Origin: Auanema rhodensis
Taxonomy: Eukaryota; Animalia; Nematoda
NCBI GenBank assembly: GCA_964057225.1
Contig: OZ059896.1
Span: forward strand, 9,982,001 to 10,046,000
Reading direction: 5' to 3'
DNA length: 64,000 bases
Below, piece by piece: positions 16,501 to 31,197 of the stretch. The notes beneath the pieces are model-generated. The model saw only the letters and a list, made by a program, of their open reading frames with translations. It did no database searches and was not told the origin of the DNA. The translations under genes were made by a program, and so were the position numbers. How positions within the stretch are numbered: position 1 is the first letter of the stretch; every line of letters begins with the position of its first letter.

Positions 16501-18536
16501 ATTCCAAGTGGAAGTTCGGTAAACATGACATATCACAGCTACCAAAATAACTGTGAGTTCAACGAGAAAAGAAAAAAATGAAAACAATATTTCCAGCTCC
16601 AAATGGAACTCTGATGTCTGACACTTCAGAAAATTTCCGACGTAGCTTTGCTTTCCTTATTTACCATTCATCATACGTTTTTAGGAAATGACTTTGGCTA
16701 TTCCGTTGAGAATAATGTATTTCTTCCAAATCGAGTAAATGGCCATATCAAACGAGGTGATCGTCTCTTAGATGTTGGTGGAATAAATATGCGAGCAGGA
16801 GAGAAACAACCTACTACCAGTAAATACGGAACTAGTACGTGTATTACAACTTTTATATAATGAAGAATCATCTCTTCAGATGATTCTCAAGTATCATTGT
16901 TAGTATCAGGACAATCTACAGCACGTTGGATTCAAGTTCCAAGAAAACATGTTAGACTTTGTGGAGGTAATGCGATCGGAATTTTAGCAGAAGCTTCTGC
17001 GGGAGAATTGCAGGTTTTTCTAAATTCAAAAATATAAGATTAAGTATTTTATATTAGGAAGGAGATTTGATTCTGGAGATTGATGGATACAATGTGCGTG
17101 GTGCTACTCATGAAGAAGCAACAGAAGCTCTTTTGGAATCTCTAGATGAACTAGCTGAACTTCTAATTGAAGATGGTTAGTTTCATAATTCAGTAATGAT
17201 CATTAAATTCTCTTTAGGAGCTGATAGACTGAATCGATTACGATTAGGAGCTGATGGAGATTCTTTCTATGTTCGTATAAATGTGGATAGGAATAGTGAA
17301 AACAAAGATGAATTAGATATTAAAGCTGTATATATATACAATACTTAACTCATATTTTATTACTGATGTTCTTAGGGAGAAATTGTGTTCGTAGATAAGA
17401 CAATGTTTATGGGACAACGAGGACGATGGAGAGCTTGGAAAATAGATCGTGAAGGTCGTCAGGTAACCTTTGTTAAATATACTATTTATATTTCTTAAAG
17501 TATGATATATAAGTTTATTTTTTTCATTTTAGAGGGAAAATGGTATTATTCCTTCAGCTAGTTTCATGGAGAGACTTGAACAGAAAGGTAGAAAGCAAAA
17601 GGTAAACTTAATTGAATTCATTTCAAACATTCTATTTTTTTGCTTCAGGGTCGAACTACTTTGCCTCCCTTAACTCGTCCTGTCTATGAAAGAATGGAGC
17701 GAGTTTGTTCCAGCAAACGCAGACCCGTAATTTTACTTGGAGCATTTATTTCTCCATTTGTTCAATTTTTACTTGATGACTCGTCGAAGTAAGATTTTCG
17801 CAGATGTTCTATTGAAATTCATCGTTTAAATACAGATTCACTCAAGTGGTACCAGAATGTAGAGCCTTACAATCCATGGATGTAGATCGACTTTTGCATA
17901 CTTGTGAATTAATTGATGTACGAAAACGAGATAAATTATTTGATGTGATCTCAGCTGTGGCTGTTAATAACATCATGGAACAGGGGTATTTAACTTATAT
18001 TATTATTTTTTTAATTTCTACAATAAAACAATTTCTTTCTGAATATTCCATTTTAGTTTGCATTGCTTAATCGACATATCTCCTTGTGCTATACAACGAT
18101 TACATTCTATGCGAATTCATCCTATTGTCATAAGGTTAGATCTTGTAAACAATACTTTTCAAAGTTTTGATTTTAGAATAAAGTTCAAATCTACTAAACA
18201 AATAAAAGAGATTCGTGAAGAATTCGCTGGTGAAAAGCTGAGCACAAAGCAAGCTAAAGAAATGCAAGATAAGGTACAATTCCATTATAAATTTTAGACA
18301 AAATTTAAATGATGAAATATAGGCTGTCACCTGTGAAAATGATCTAAACAAATTGGGTATAACGTTTACTGTCATTCAAGTTCCTTCCCAAAGTCCTTTA
18401 AGGAATATAGTAAAACAAGTATGCCAACAGGTTAGTTATTAATTTGCCAATATGATACTATATTTCTAATTTTTAGATAACTGTTCACGTAGATCACGAA
18501 CAGAAAAAAACTGTGTGGGTGGCTTGCCAACAATAG
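13522..18536 (+). CDS. magu-4: DLG5-like MAGUK scaffold (coiled coil, PDZ domains, SH3, GuK)
   Basis: N-terminal coiled coil. PDZ LGIVLSGG...IYVKDV...DHILIVND. SH3 GDSFYVRINVDR...GEIVFVDKTMF..GRWRAWK...GIIPS. GuK VYERMERV..RRPVILLG...HEQKKTVWV. More than 25 short introns. Confidence 0.88.
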
Positions 18537-19180
18537 ATATCAGATATAAATATGAAAGTAGGGATATATATATATATATATATCATATTTAAATATTTAA
18601 AAACTTATTTAATATCGTTGTAATCTCTTATGTGAAGCTTTTTCGTGATTTACGACAAAGCCAGACATTTTCCCGTAACTAATGAACTAACTTTTTTCGA
18701 ACACATTATCAACTTCATACAACGTTATTGTAGTAGATTGTCTACTAATCTCTGAACTTGGATATACTAGAGTTCTCACACGATTCTTATTGACCGGTTT
18801 CATCGATCAAGTTGTGCTCGTTAGTTATTTCTCAATTATTATTTTCTGTGATAATTAGATATATTTATTTATAAATTTGTTTATTAAAGTATCAAAATGC
18901 GAAAAATGGATGCCTAGGCTAACAACTATCAAATGATCGAAGGCGTGCTTTAACAGGGAGCTAATATCATCTCAAATGGCACAAGTTCCCAAATAGATGT
19001 ATTATAATAATTAAAAAAAACCTTCTATGCAAAATCGAACACGCTTTAACTAGGGAGTATTTCAATAAAACCTACCTAAAAAAGAACCCTGGACACATAA
19101 TGCCAACAGAGGTCATGTTGTAAGTGAGCCAAAATATGTAATTAATATGCATCTTCCCTCTATTGGTTCAATCTCTGATC

Positions 19181-20790
<1,610 letters not shown>

Positions 20791-21487
20791 GGCGAATTAG
20801 TACCCCTACAAAAAATTCATATAATAGCATAGACAAAACGTAACATTGACAATTCAATCTGTTAAATCATTAACACCTATGACAAAATGATAAGCAAACA
20901 TTTTCAGAATAAATCAAAAGTGAATATACGAGTAATGACGTGTGGTTGATTTAAGGTAGCAGTGTTTGCGTACTGGAGCAAGCTACCGTAATCGTAATTA
21001 TACAGAGAGGCTTTATCATTATAAAAAGTAATATTTACGAGAATAGACAATATTTCAAACATTTTCCTGGTCTTTATATTTTGAAACGAGATGTTTTAAA
21101 TAGTATATTTATATATATAACTGGTGAAATCAACTATTACAATTTAAGCTATGAAATGTCTGTTAAAGAACATCTTGGCATAAGATGAATTGAAGAGAAC
21201 GTATAGCTTTTATTCCATGGAAACAATGTTTGTAGAACATTTGCTCTTCCTTTTTATAAAAAATAGAAAATTAAAATTAAAAATTGTCACTGCACTTAAA
21301 CGAGACATATGTAATTGCAAAATTTGAAGTACAAGATATCATGCACTTGTGTATTTCTCTTTAAATATTAATGTTATGCTTGTTCCTAACATATGAGCAA
21401 ACAAATTATGAAAAATTATTTACTGCTCTCAATAATGTGTAGCATATGAGAGTGGAATTTGAATTTACCTCCTTAGAAACACTAGTA

Positions 21488-21501
21488 GTTGCCATGGCAA
21501 C
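21488..21501. promoter_or_regulatory. X-box (RFX/DAF-19 site) of dyf-3
   Basis: Perfect palindrome GTTGCCATGGCAAC ~54 bp upstream of the ATG of a core IFT gene. Confidence 0.93.
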
Positions 21502-21554
21502 CAAACGCTGAAGTAGTATTCGTTCGTAAAATTTGACTCCTTTTTAGAAGAAAG

Positions 21555-23352
21555 ATGTCTTATCGAGCACTTCGAAGTGAGTATTTTTTATTATTTTTTA
21601 AAATTTAATATAATATTATCAATTATCTTCATAGATTTATGCGAAATGACGAGAGCTTTGGGATATCCGCGTCAATTATCTGTTGAAAACTTTAGAACTC
21701 CTAATTTCAAATTAGTGGCAGAATTATTGGAATGGATTGTTAAAAGGTTTTTAAATATTATTATATTTTTTATGTTTTATCTTTATATTTAGATTTGAAC
21801 CAAATGCATCGCTTAGTGCGCAACAAATTGGAACGGAACAAGAGCGAGTGATGTTCGTTAAACAGGCTGTATTACTTATGCTGCAAAACTCGCGATTGAA
21901 ATTAAATCCGAGAAAACTATATCAAGTATGATTATGTTTGAGAACTTTGACTTATTAATAAGTTTTTAGGCTGATGGTAACGCTGTTCAGGAGTTATTAC
22001 CTGCCATACGTGTGTTATATAATGCAGCGAAACAGTTATCTGCTGATGATATGCATTCTCAATGGAACAGCTTGAAGTCGTCAATATCACAGAAGGTTTG
22101 AAATTCATGTGTGTCTACTGTATGGTGTTGATAAATTTTCAGATGCAAGATGTACGAATAGCTAGACAATTATCATCTCAGTTACCACAGACTGCTGCTG
22201 CTCTTCATGATTTAATAGAAAAAGAATTTTATTACAGGGTAACATATAAAGATATTATATATTTAAGATCATTTGATTTGTTGATTTGATTTTTTTAGAA
22301 ACAAAGAAATAGTGCCACTGCCAGAGCTGTTCCATTATCTGAAGCTGAACGTAGTCTACAACAAGCAATTGTAGCTATTAACGAAGAAACTCAAGAGATT
22401 GCGGTAAAAATTAGAAAAATATATAAAAAAATGAAATATTTTAAGAATAAGCTTAATAATGTGGCTAATGATGAAGCAAGCTTAGATGAGAAAATTGAAC
22501 GAAAGAAAAGAGAATATGAACAAATGCAGAAACGTTATGCTAAACTACAAGTATTCTATGATCAATTTAAACATATTTTTCTATAATTTCCTTTAAGGCT
22601 TTTCGTCCCCAATATATGGATGAATATGAAAAATATGAGAAAAAATTACAAGAACGTTATGAGGTATCAATGCTATTCAAGATTTTATTTTTATTCGTTC
22701 TTTCTAGATATACGTACTGCAATACCGAAATTTGACTTACTTACAACAATTACAAATGGAAATTGAGCGTTCTGAAAAGAATAAACAAGTGATGAGTGAT
22801 CTTTAAAACTTTTTTAAAACAATTGTTTTAAGTCTGAAGCTGAACGTAACATGAGAAGTGTTGTAGAAAAAATGCGTTCTGAACAAAAAGATAACATTCC
22901 GTGAGTTTTACAGTTTCTTCACCCATTGTAGATCATAAACAATGTTAAACTTGATATTTTCTTAAGTGTTGATGAACTCGACGAAGAAGAAATCCCCCCT
23001 ATCACTCATGAAAGACGATCTTGTAAGATTTTTTTTTTGTTTCAAAAACTGTCTCAGTTTCATTGAACGTTCCATTGTTTAATGACATCATTTTAAGCTC
23101 GACGTGTGTTTGGTAACATGACAGGAGCAGGAATTTCTGATGATGAAGATGATGAAGAAGATGATGATGGTGCAGACATGAATGAAACACAAGCACAAGT
23201 ATTAATCCAAAGCGACCTTAGTGACGATGGAGAACTGCCTCCCGACGTAAGATTTCTTGACTTTGATAAGCAAATCATTATGTTTTCTTGAATTTCAGGT
23301 TATAGATCATAATCCTGACAAAAACGAACTTAGCAGTGGAGATGATTTTTGA
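21555..23352 (+). CDS. dyf-3: Clusterin-associated protein 1 / IFT38 (intraflagellar transport)
   Basis: [41 protein letters not shown]; [12 protein letters not shown]; [12 protein letters not shown]; acidic tail ending DDF*. Confidence 0.96.
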
Positions 23353-26300
23353 TAGCTTACTTCAACAATCAGAAGTTTATTGAAGATAAAAATAATTCAA
23401 AGAATAATTTTACTGTTATACATATATTCTTCTCTAACATTTATCATTTTTCATATCATATTTAGCATCTAAATCCCTAAATTAATAACTCAAAATTAAC
23501 GGAATATCATTCCGTTATTTTTTTTTGTGACTATTTTCATTTGTTCTATTCATCAGCTGATTGTCAGATGTACTGACGAGGCTTGTCACATGCCTAAGGT
23601 TTTTAGATGTACACGTGGGACGAGCAAATAGTCAACAGATGCTATTTTGAGTCACGAGATCCACAGATTACACAATGGTCATTAAGAAGTTTTTCTAAAA
23701 ATTCATATTGAATAATATGATTAGAAAGAAGAAACTTAAGATTTTAATAATTTTCGACACAAGCGAATTTTCATGTTGAGAACCCTCTTCTTTGTTTCAT
23801 CTACTAAAAGTATGTAATCATATCTAACTGTTTCAATAAATAGACAAAATGAAATATTTCTTTATTTGTTTTACTAGAAGTTTAAATGATTTTCTTATCA
23901 AAAATTTTTAATGAGTTTCATTACATTGTTCTCGATATCGTTTGTGAGAATCAGCTGATGATTTCAATGTTTAACAATATCATGATTGAAAGAAGTTGCA
24001 CAGTGTATTTACCTTGTTTACAAAGAGAAAAGCTTGAAGTTTATTTGAAATAGACGGAAGAAAAAATGAGGACATAAAGATAATTATATAGACATGTAGC
24101 AAAATTTCTTTTTTTTTTGAACGAACTGTTTAATGTTGAATGTATCATTGAATATTCTACATTTTATCCCTTGTATAATCATTTTCTTATATTATTGCTT
24201 CTCTTTTTCTTTCAAAACTTTTTGAAACAACGTTTTGTATGTTATCATGTTATCTTATGGTCAAACACATGAGAAAATTTTGAAAAAAAGTTGACATTGC
24301 AATTTGTATCATGATTTCCAATTGAAGAATTACGAAATTGTTCAAATAAAAATTAAAAAAAAAAGACTGCAAGATAAGATAAGTGTGATATGTGTTGAAA
24401 CAACACGTGGGTGACAAAATGCGTCTGTTCCAGTTATGTGCAAACGTATCAGAGATCTTCTCAAAGGTAGAGAAGCTTTAAACTAACCTATAAGATATAA
24501 AAATAGATTGAATTCATTTGTATGACTAATAAAAGTTATTTTATACTCGAAGCTTTTATAACTTGTTAATAAATAGATATTTCGCATATTATTTTCTCAA
24601 AATAAAATATATTTTCTCGAAAAAATATGCTACGTTCTTATCTTCACTTTTTTTTTGCTCATAGCTTTTTTCGGATTTTCGTTGAACGTCATCGCAGTAA
24701 AGTTGTCAAGTGTTCCGAAACTGAAAAAAATAGAGTTGAGTAGTGGTGAAGGATGTGCGAAAAAGAAAGCTGGATTGAAATGTAGATAAAATGAACTCCA
24801 GAAAAAGAACACAGAACACGAGCTCCGAGATCGGCGTAAATATACATAGTTAGAAATTATAAATAACAGCAAATGTTCTTGAAAACCGTAAAAGAAGTCC
24901 TTTTCTTCTCACATTTTCGTAAAGTCTTAAGTCGTTTACAACCTAGTTAATCGGTCCTCTCGAAAGCATGTGTTTTCGATGTGTTTTCTAATTTAACATC
25001 GTATTCGTATGCTATACTGTTGTCATGTGCTATGTAGGTCAAGTGGACATGTACGATGAGCGCCGATTGCGTGGGGGGATGAGGTGAACAATGAGGGTTT
25101 TCCGTAATTTTAATCTCGTGATTTAAGCTAGATAAGTTTTCAAGCTTGCATATCAAGTTAATGCATAAACACTGAAGTTTATGAATGAATAAAAGAAAGA
25201 AAGAAATATTGGATCAATTCTATTTTATAATTAAAATATTAAATTTTTCAAAAAAAGATGTTTGAAAATCTGCTGCACCATCATTAACTTCGATAGTTTA
25301 GAAGAAATTTCAATTGTAATACAGACAAAAAAAGCCTTTATCTATCCGACTAGCTTAGCTTTATGATTGTTCTGTTCTGTTTTTGTTTCATAACAGCAAA
25401 TGCTTCTGTTTCTTATGATTTTTTGATTTTTTCAACCAGTATTATCATCAGTTTTCGCATCAGAAACTCTTCCTTGAACTATAAAAACACATGTACTACT
25501 TACAAAATATCAAATAACATTAAACAATAAATAAAAATATTTTTGTTTCAATTCAGACTTATGTAGATTATAGCAAGTTTAGACACTTGTTATCAAACAA
25601 CAAACTTCAATGTTCACTTTTATTTTGTAAATCTAAATTTCATCAAGTAAGGTCATCTAAGATCTATTGTCGAAAATCAGCTAAAATTTAGAGTTTCAAA
25701 GGGAAATTAACTTAATTTCCTTTATTGAAATTATAGCATCAATGGTTTTTCTTACTACAACGAATACTAAACAAAAAAAAATTTAGTTTTTTAATGAAAT
25801 ATATAAAAATGAGATTTTTCTCTTTATAAATTTATTTATGATTAGTAGACTCATGAAGGTTTCACAAGTACATCTAAAGTTTCTGGATTTTGATAAAAAG
25901 GTCGAAAAACAAAAAGATGTTCTCATTATAATTCAAGTTATATTATTATTATTATTATTTCATGTTACTTCTTCATGTAAAAATACGGTTTATACTATCA
26001 TTGATTTTCTATTTTTCAAAATAATTTTATATTGATGAATGTGTCTATGATATGTGTGATTATGTATTTTAAAATATTTTTTTTGTTTCAAAGTTAAAGA
26101 TACTTTCAGAATATATATTTTTCACCAGATGAAGCTGTAAAGAAGACATAAAGATAATTTTTATATTCGCCAGAGGGCCTACGCACCAGATGATTCTCAT
26201 ATATCATGATGATTCTCTGAATATCAACCAGCTTTCCTAAATTGCTCAGAAAAAAGTCCACCAGCTTGTGATGCTTTTTCTATCAAATTGAAACATCTTT

Positions 26301-26945
26301 TCTTGTAATTAATAAAAGAAAATGGAAAATGTTCTGATATTAAGCTGTTCAGGATATATTAATGTTTTTTAAGGCTCATATCATGTAATAAGCTTTTCCT
26401 AAACTTTGTTTAGACAGCGTAGTTTCGTCAATATGAAAGTCAATACTTCACAACTTTTATTCTTTCTGAGCTCAAACACGCACTGTCTTGATTCTAACTT
26501 GAAATTCTCTCGTTTTTATTTTAGTTTTCTCTTTGTATAAAGGTTTCTTCACTTTTCTTCATGAACCACAAAAAAGTCTTATCCGTAGCAGCAGGGTAGT
26601 TTGCATCTGAAGGGGTGGAGATGTAACGTAGAGGGGACAAGCATGTGTTAGTAGGAGAAAGCTCAAAATTTCGAAACAAAAAAAGCACAATCAGTTGAGA
26701 GACAGACATTTGCAACTTTCAAACAACGAAGAGGTGGGAGGTGGGAAAAAATAGGAGGTGATCAGGAGAAAACGCACATTTTAGGAGGGAACATGATAGA
26801 GAGAGTAAAAACCAACATACAATACAAACTAAGGAGAGTTCAAAGAAACAGAGGGATCACAGTGTTGCTCCGCCTTCGACAATTCAGTCGTTCTACCAGA
26901 CGAAGAACTACATACACACTCTTATTCCCTACTCATCTGACCACC

Positions 26946-29898
26946 ATGACAGACAAGCCTACTGATTCTACTGTTCCTTCACAAATCGATTCTGTACCTA
27001 CAGTTGAAGCTACTGCTTCAGCTTCTTCAGCTGAGCAAGTAAGACGACTTCTTGGCTCTATCGCTCTTTATCTGATAGCCGTCGTTAAGACGATTATCCA
27101 GCTTATAGCTCGCTCCGTAAATGAGGTCAGATAGTTTGGGTTAATCACAAACATCAGGAGCTCATTCTATTGATTTCCAGTAACCTTGTGATTAACCCAA
27201 TTGTAAGCTTATTGTCCTCAAAAATTAACACCTTTTCTATTTTATTTTCAATTGTGAACTATGCTTATTTTTCTTTTTTCAGCCTGGATCTAATGTCACA
27301 AATGAAGCTGCTCCTGAAGCAGCAGTACCTTCAGAGGCTCCCGCCACAACCGAAGTACCAGCACCCACTGAAGCTGCTCCCGAGCCTGCCGCTGCCGAGG
27401 CTCCCGCCGCTGTAGAAGCTCCTGCCACAACTGAATCTGCTCCTGAACCTGCCGCCGCTACCGAGGCTCCAGCCGTTGTAGAAGCTGCTGCCGCCACTGA
27501 AGCTGTCCCTGAGCCTGCCGTCGCTACTGAGGCCCCCGCCGTTGTAGAAGCTGTTGCCGCCACTGAAGCTGCCCCTGAGCCTGCTGCCACTACCGAGGCT
27601 CCGGCTGCTGTAGAAGTTCCTGCCCCTACTGAATCTGCCCCTGAGCCTGCCGCCGCTACCGAGGCTCCCGCTGTTGTAGAAGCTGCTGCCGCCACTGAAG
27701 CTGTCACTGAGCCTGCCACCGCTACCGAGGCTCCCGCCGCTGTAGAAGCTCCTGCCCCAACTGAAACTGCTCCCGAGCCTGCCGCTACCGAGGCTCCCGC
27801 CGCTGTAGAAGCTCCTGCCCCAACTGAATCTGCTCCTGAGCCTGCCGCCGCTACCGAGGCTCCAGCCGTTGTAGAAGCTGCTGTCGCCACTGAAGCTGTC
27901 CCTGAGCCTGCCACCGCTACCGAGGCTCCCGCCGCTGTAGAAGCTCCTGCCCCAACTGAAACTGCTCCCGAGCCTGCCGCTACCGAGGCTCCCGCCGCTG
28001 TAGAAGCTCCTGCCCCAACTGAAACTGCTCCCGAGCCTGCCGCTACCGAGGCTCCCGCCGCTGTAGAAGCTCCTGCCCCAACTGAATCTGCTCCTGAGCC
28101 TGCCGCCGCTACCGAGGCTCCAGCCGTTGTAGAAGCTGCTGCCGCCACTGAAGCTGTCCCTGAGCCTGCCACCGCTACCGAGGCTCCCGCCGCTGTAGAA
28201 GCTCCAGCCCCAACTGAATCTGCTCCTGAACCTGCCGCCGCTACCGAGGCTCCCGCCGCTGTAGAAGCTCCTGCCCCAACTGAATCTGCTCCTGAGCCTG
28301 CCGCCGCTACCGAGGCTCCCGCCGTTGTAGAAGCTGCTGCCGCCACTGAAGCAGTCCCTGAGCCTGCGGCCGCAACCGAGGCTCCCGCCGCTGTAGAAAC
28401 TCCTGCCCCAACTGAAACTGCTCCTGAGGCTGCAGCCACTGAAGCTGCTCCTGAGCCTGTAGCCACTGAAACTGCTCCCGAGCCAGCCGCTACCGAGTCT
28501 CCCGCCACCGTCGAAGCTGTTGCCCCCACTGAAGCTGCTCCTGAGTCTGTAGCCACTGAAGTTGCTCCCGAGCCTGCAGCCACTACCGAGTCCCCCGCTG
28601 CCGTCGAAGCTGTTGCCCCCACTGAAGCTGCTTCTGAGCCTGCAGCCACTGAAGCTGCTCCTGAGCCTGCAGCCACTGAAGCTGCTCCTGAGCCTGTAGC
28701 CACTGAGGCTCCCGCTGTTGTAGAAGCTGTTGCCCCCCCTGAAGCTGCTTCTGAGCCTGCAGCCACTGAAGCTGCTCCTGAGCCTGCAGCCACTGAAGCT
28801 GCTCCTGAGCCTGCAGCCACTGAAGCTGCTCCTGAGCCTGTAGCCACTGAGGCTCCCGCTGTTGTAGAAGCTGTTGCCCCAGCTGAAACTGTTTCCGAGC
28901 CTGCCGCTACCGAGGCTCCCGCCACTGTAGATGCTCCACCCACCACTGAATCTGCTCCTGAGTCTGCCGCCGCAACCGAGGCTCCCGCCGTTGTAGAAAC
29001 TGTTGCCACCACTGAATCTGCTCCCGAGCCTGCCGCTAGCGAGGCTTCCGCCGCTGCCGAAGCTCCTGCCTCCACTGAAGCTGCTCCTGAGCCTGCATCC
29101 ACTGAAGCTGTTCCCGAGCCTGTCGCTACTGAAGTTGCCCCCGAGCCTGCAGCCACTACTGAATCTCCCGCCGCCGTCGAAGCTGTTGTTCCCACTGAAG
29201 CTGCTCCCGAGCCTGCTGCTGAAGTTCCTACCGCTGTAGAAGCTGTTGCTCCCACTGAAGCTGCTCCTGAGCCTGCTGCCCCTGAATCTGCTCCCGAGCC
29301 TGCCGCTACCGAGGCTCCCGCCGTTGTAGAAGCTACTGCCGCCACTGAAGCTGTCCCTGAGCCTGCCGTAGCTACCGAGGCTCCCGCCGTTGTAGAAGCT
29401 GCTGCCGCCACTGAAGCTGTCCCTGAACCTGCCGTCGCTACTGAGGCCCCCGCCGTTGTAGAAGCTGTTGCCGCCACTGAAGCTGCCCCTGAGCCTGCTG
29501 CCACTACCGAGGCTCCGGCTGCTGTAGAAGTTCCTGCCCCTACTGAATCTGCTCCTGAAGTCACTCCAGAGACTGCAACCACAACGGACGTTCCCGCCAC
29601 TGTTGCCGATGTTCCTGTGGGAGGCACAGAACCAACTGAAGACGGAGATGAAGAAGAGTGGGAAGTAGATCCAAATGATCCTACTCAAAAAAGAAGAAAA
29701 ATGAAGAAGAGACCTACAGCTGAAACACAGGCTCCAATTCTTGAAGATACTACAGATGCTTCTGCCACACCCGAAACAGCCGCTAAAGTTGAAACTGGAG
29801 AATCCGTAGTTCCAAAAGATTGTAAAAATAGTTTGCCAACAGTAAATTCAAAATCTCATATTGAAACTATGCAATCTGAGACTGCTCCAGCGTGTTAA
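26946..29898 (+). CDS. ~900-930 aa Ala/Glu/Pro/Thr/Val tandem-repeat protein (exon 1 26946-27038 or -27125; exon 2 27283-29898)
   Basis: MTDKPTDSTVPSQ...SSAEQ splices in phase 0 to a 2.6-kb stop-free frame PGSNVTNEAAPE(TEAPAAVEAPAPTESAPEPAAA)n...EEWEVDPNDPTQKRRKMKKR...ETAPAC*. The ORF track misses it because the repeats contain no start codon. Confidence 0.85.
27330..29560 (+). repeat. Coding minisatellite, ~60-63 bp units with 27-bp subunits, GC-rich
   Basis: Recurring ACCGAGGCTCCCGCCG(C/T)TGTAGAAGCT...ACTGAA...GCTCCTGAGCCTGCC units. Confidence 0.95.
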
Positions 29899-30178
29899 GA
29901 AAATGAATCTTGAATTCTAGAGAATTTGTATTATTTTTTTCTTAATTCTTGTCCTATTTTAAACATTCTTCTATTCTGTTGTCGTATCAACATAATGTGT
30001 TTATTGTACAAAAATCTGTATAAAGTTCATTTAGTATACTTATTCTTTATTTTTTACGACAAGAAAAATTACAAAATTCGCATAAATCTTATAACATTTT
30101 GACCCGCATTGTTTTGAAAAAAAAAACAAAAATAATAATTATCATTTATATTTTTGGTTAGAAAAGGGAGACCGATCG

Positions 30179-31142
30179 TTATTGCCCATATAATGCTCGG
30201 CTGACACGTTGTAGAATCTCTTCCACGCTTCTAAATATAATAAATGATGTAATTTTCAAGATAATATATACTATAACTAATAATATTCATAGCTATTATA
30301 TGAACCTACCTATCTTCTTCAGTCTTTATTTCTGAATCCCGTCTTATCATTCGTTCTCTGATTTGTGCTAATCTCGTTGCGTAATCAGATGCCAATTCCA
30401 AATGATCTGATCGTAGTGATTTGCGATCATTCTGAATTTAGAATATTTTCATTCTGACTGCTCCTTGTAAATATTTTTACCTGATGAACAGACATTCTGA
30501 TTCGTCTTCGAACATTTAAAGTTAAAAGTGTACTATCAGGAACGCTATGAACAAAACTTGACTTTGTATTGTCCAATGGTAATTCTTTCAGTTTTTCCCA
30601 TACTTCACCTATGCGTCGATCTAATGCCTCTTTATTCTCAAGCAGTTTATGACGATATTGCTAAAATAGAAACACGTTATTCCTGATTATCAGTAAAACT
30701 CTTACGGATTGATGAATCCCGGTATTAACACTAAGCCCAGTCGTTTCACTAGGCACCAAACCAATCGCATGATTTGACCGATCTCTTTCTTCTATCAACA
30801 TTCGTAAATCTTTATACAAGCGTTCAGCAGCATGGCACATTAGCTTATGAAGTCTGAAAATAATACTTATTTACATTTTCTTTAATATTGTTTGATATTT
30901 TTAGTTTCCAATGTTTCTAGTAGTTTTGAACAAGAGGATATAACTACTTTTAGAGGATAAAAGATCTTTCTGATATGAAGATTTAGTATTCATCATAATA
31001 TATTCTAGATTTTGAAACATATTCATAGAACAAGATAATAATGACGGCAGAGAATAAAATCAGTTTAAAGCTGACGACATAATCTTCTTAAAAATAATTA
31101 TCTGTATGCTAAATAAAGTAGTAGGAAAACAAACTAATACAC

Positions 31143-31197
<55 letters not shown>

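Noticed and set aside
21211-21224. Second X-box-like TATTCCATGGAAAC
   Set aside because: Two mismatches in the left half-site; cannot be distinguished from chance.
27330-29560. CRISPR-like array
   Set aside because: Contiguous in-frame coding repeats without unique spacers, in a eukaryotic context.
27279-29688. Two ~780-aa minus-strand ORFs (Ala/Gly/Ser-rich and Gly/Ser/Arg/Phe-rich)
   Set aside because: Antisense shadows of the plus-strand repeat exon, whose repeated codons exclude stops in those frames. Splice signals, start exon and unique termini support the plus strand.
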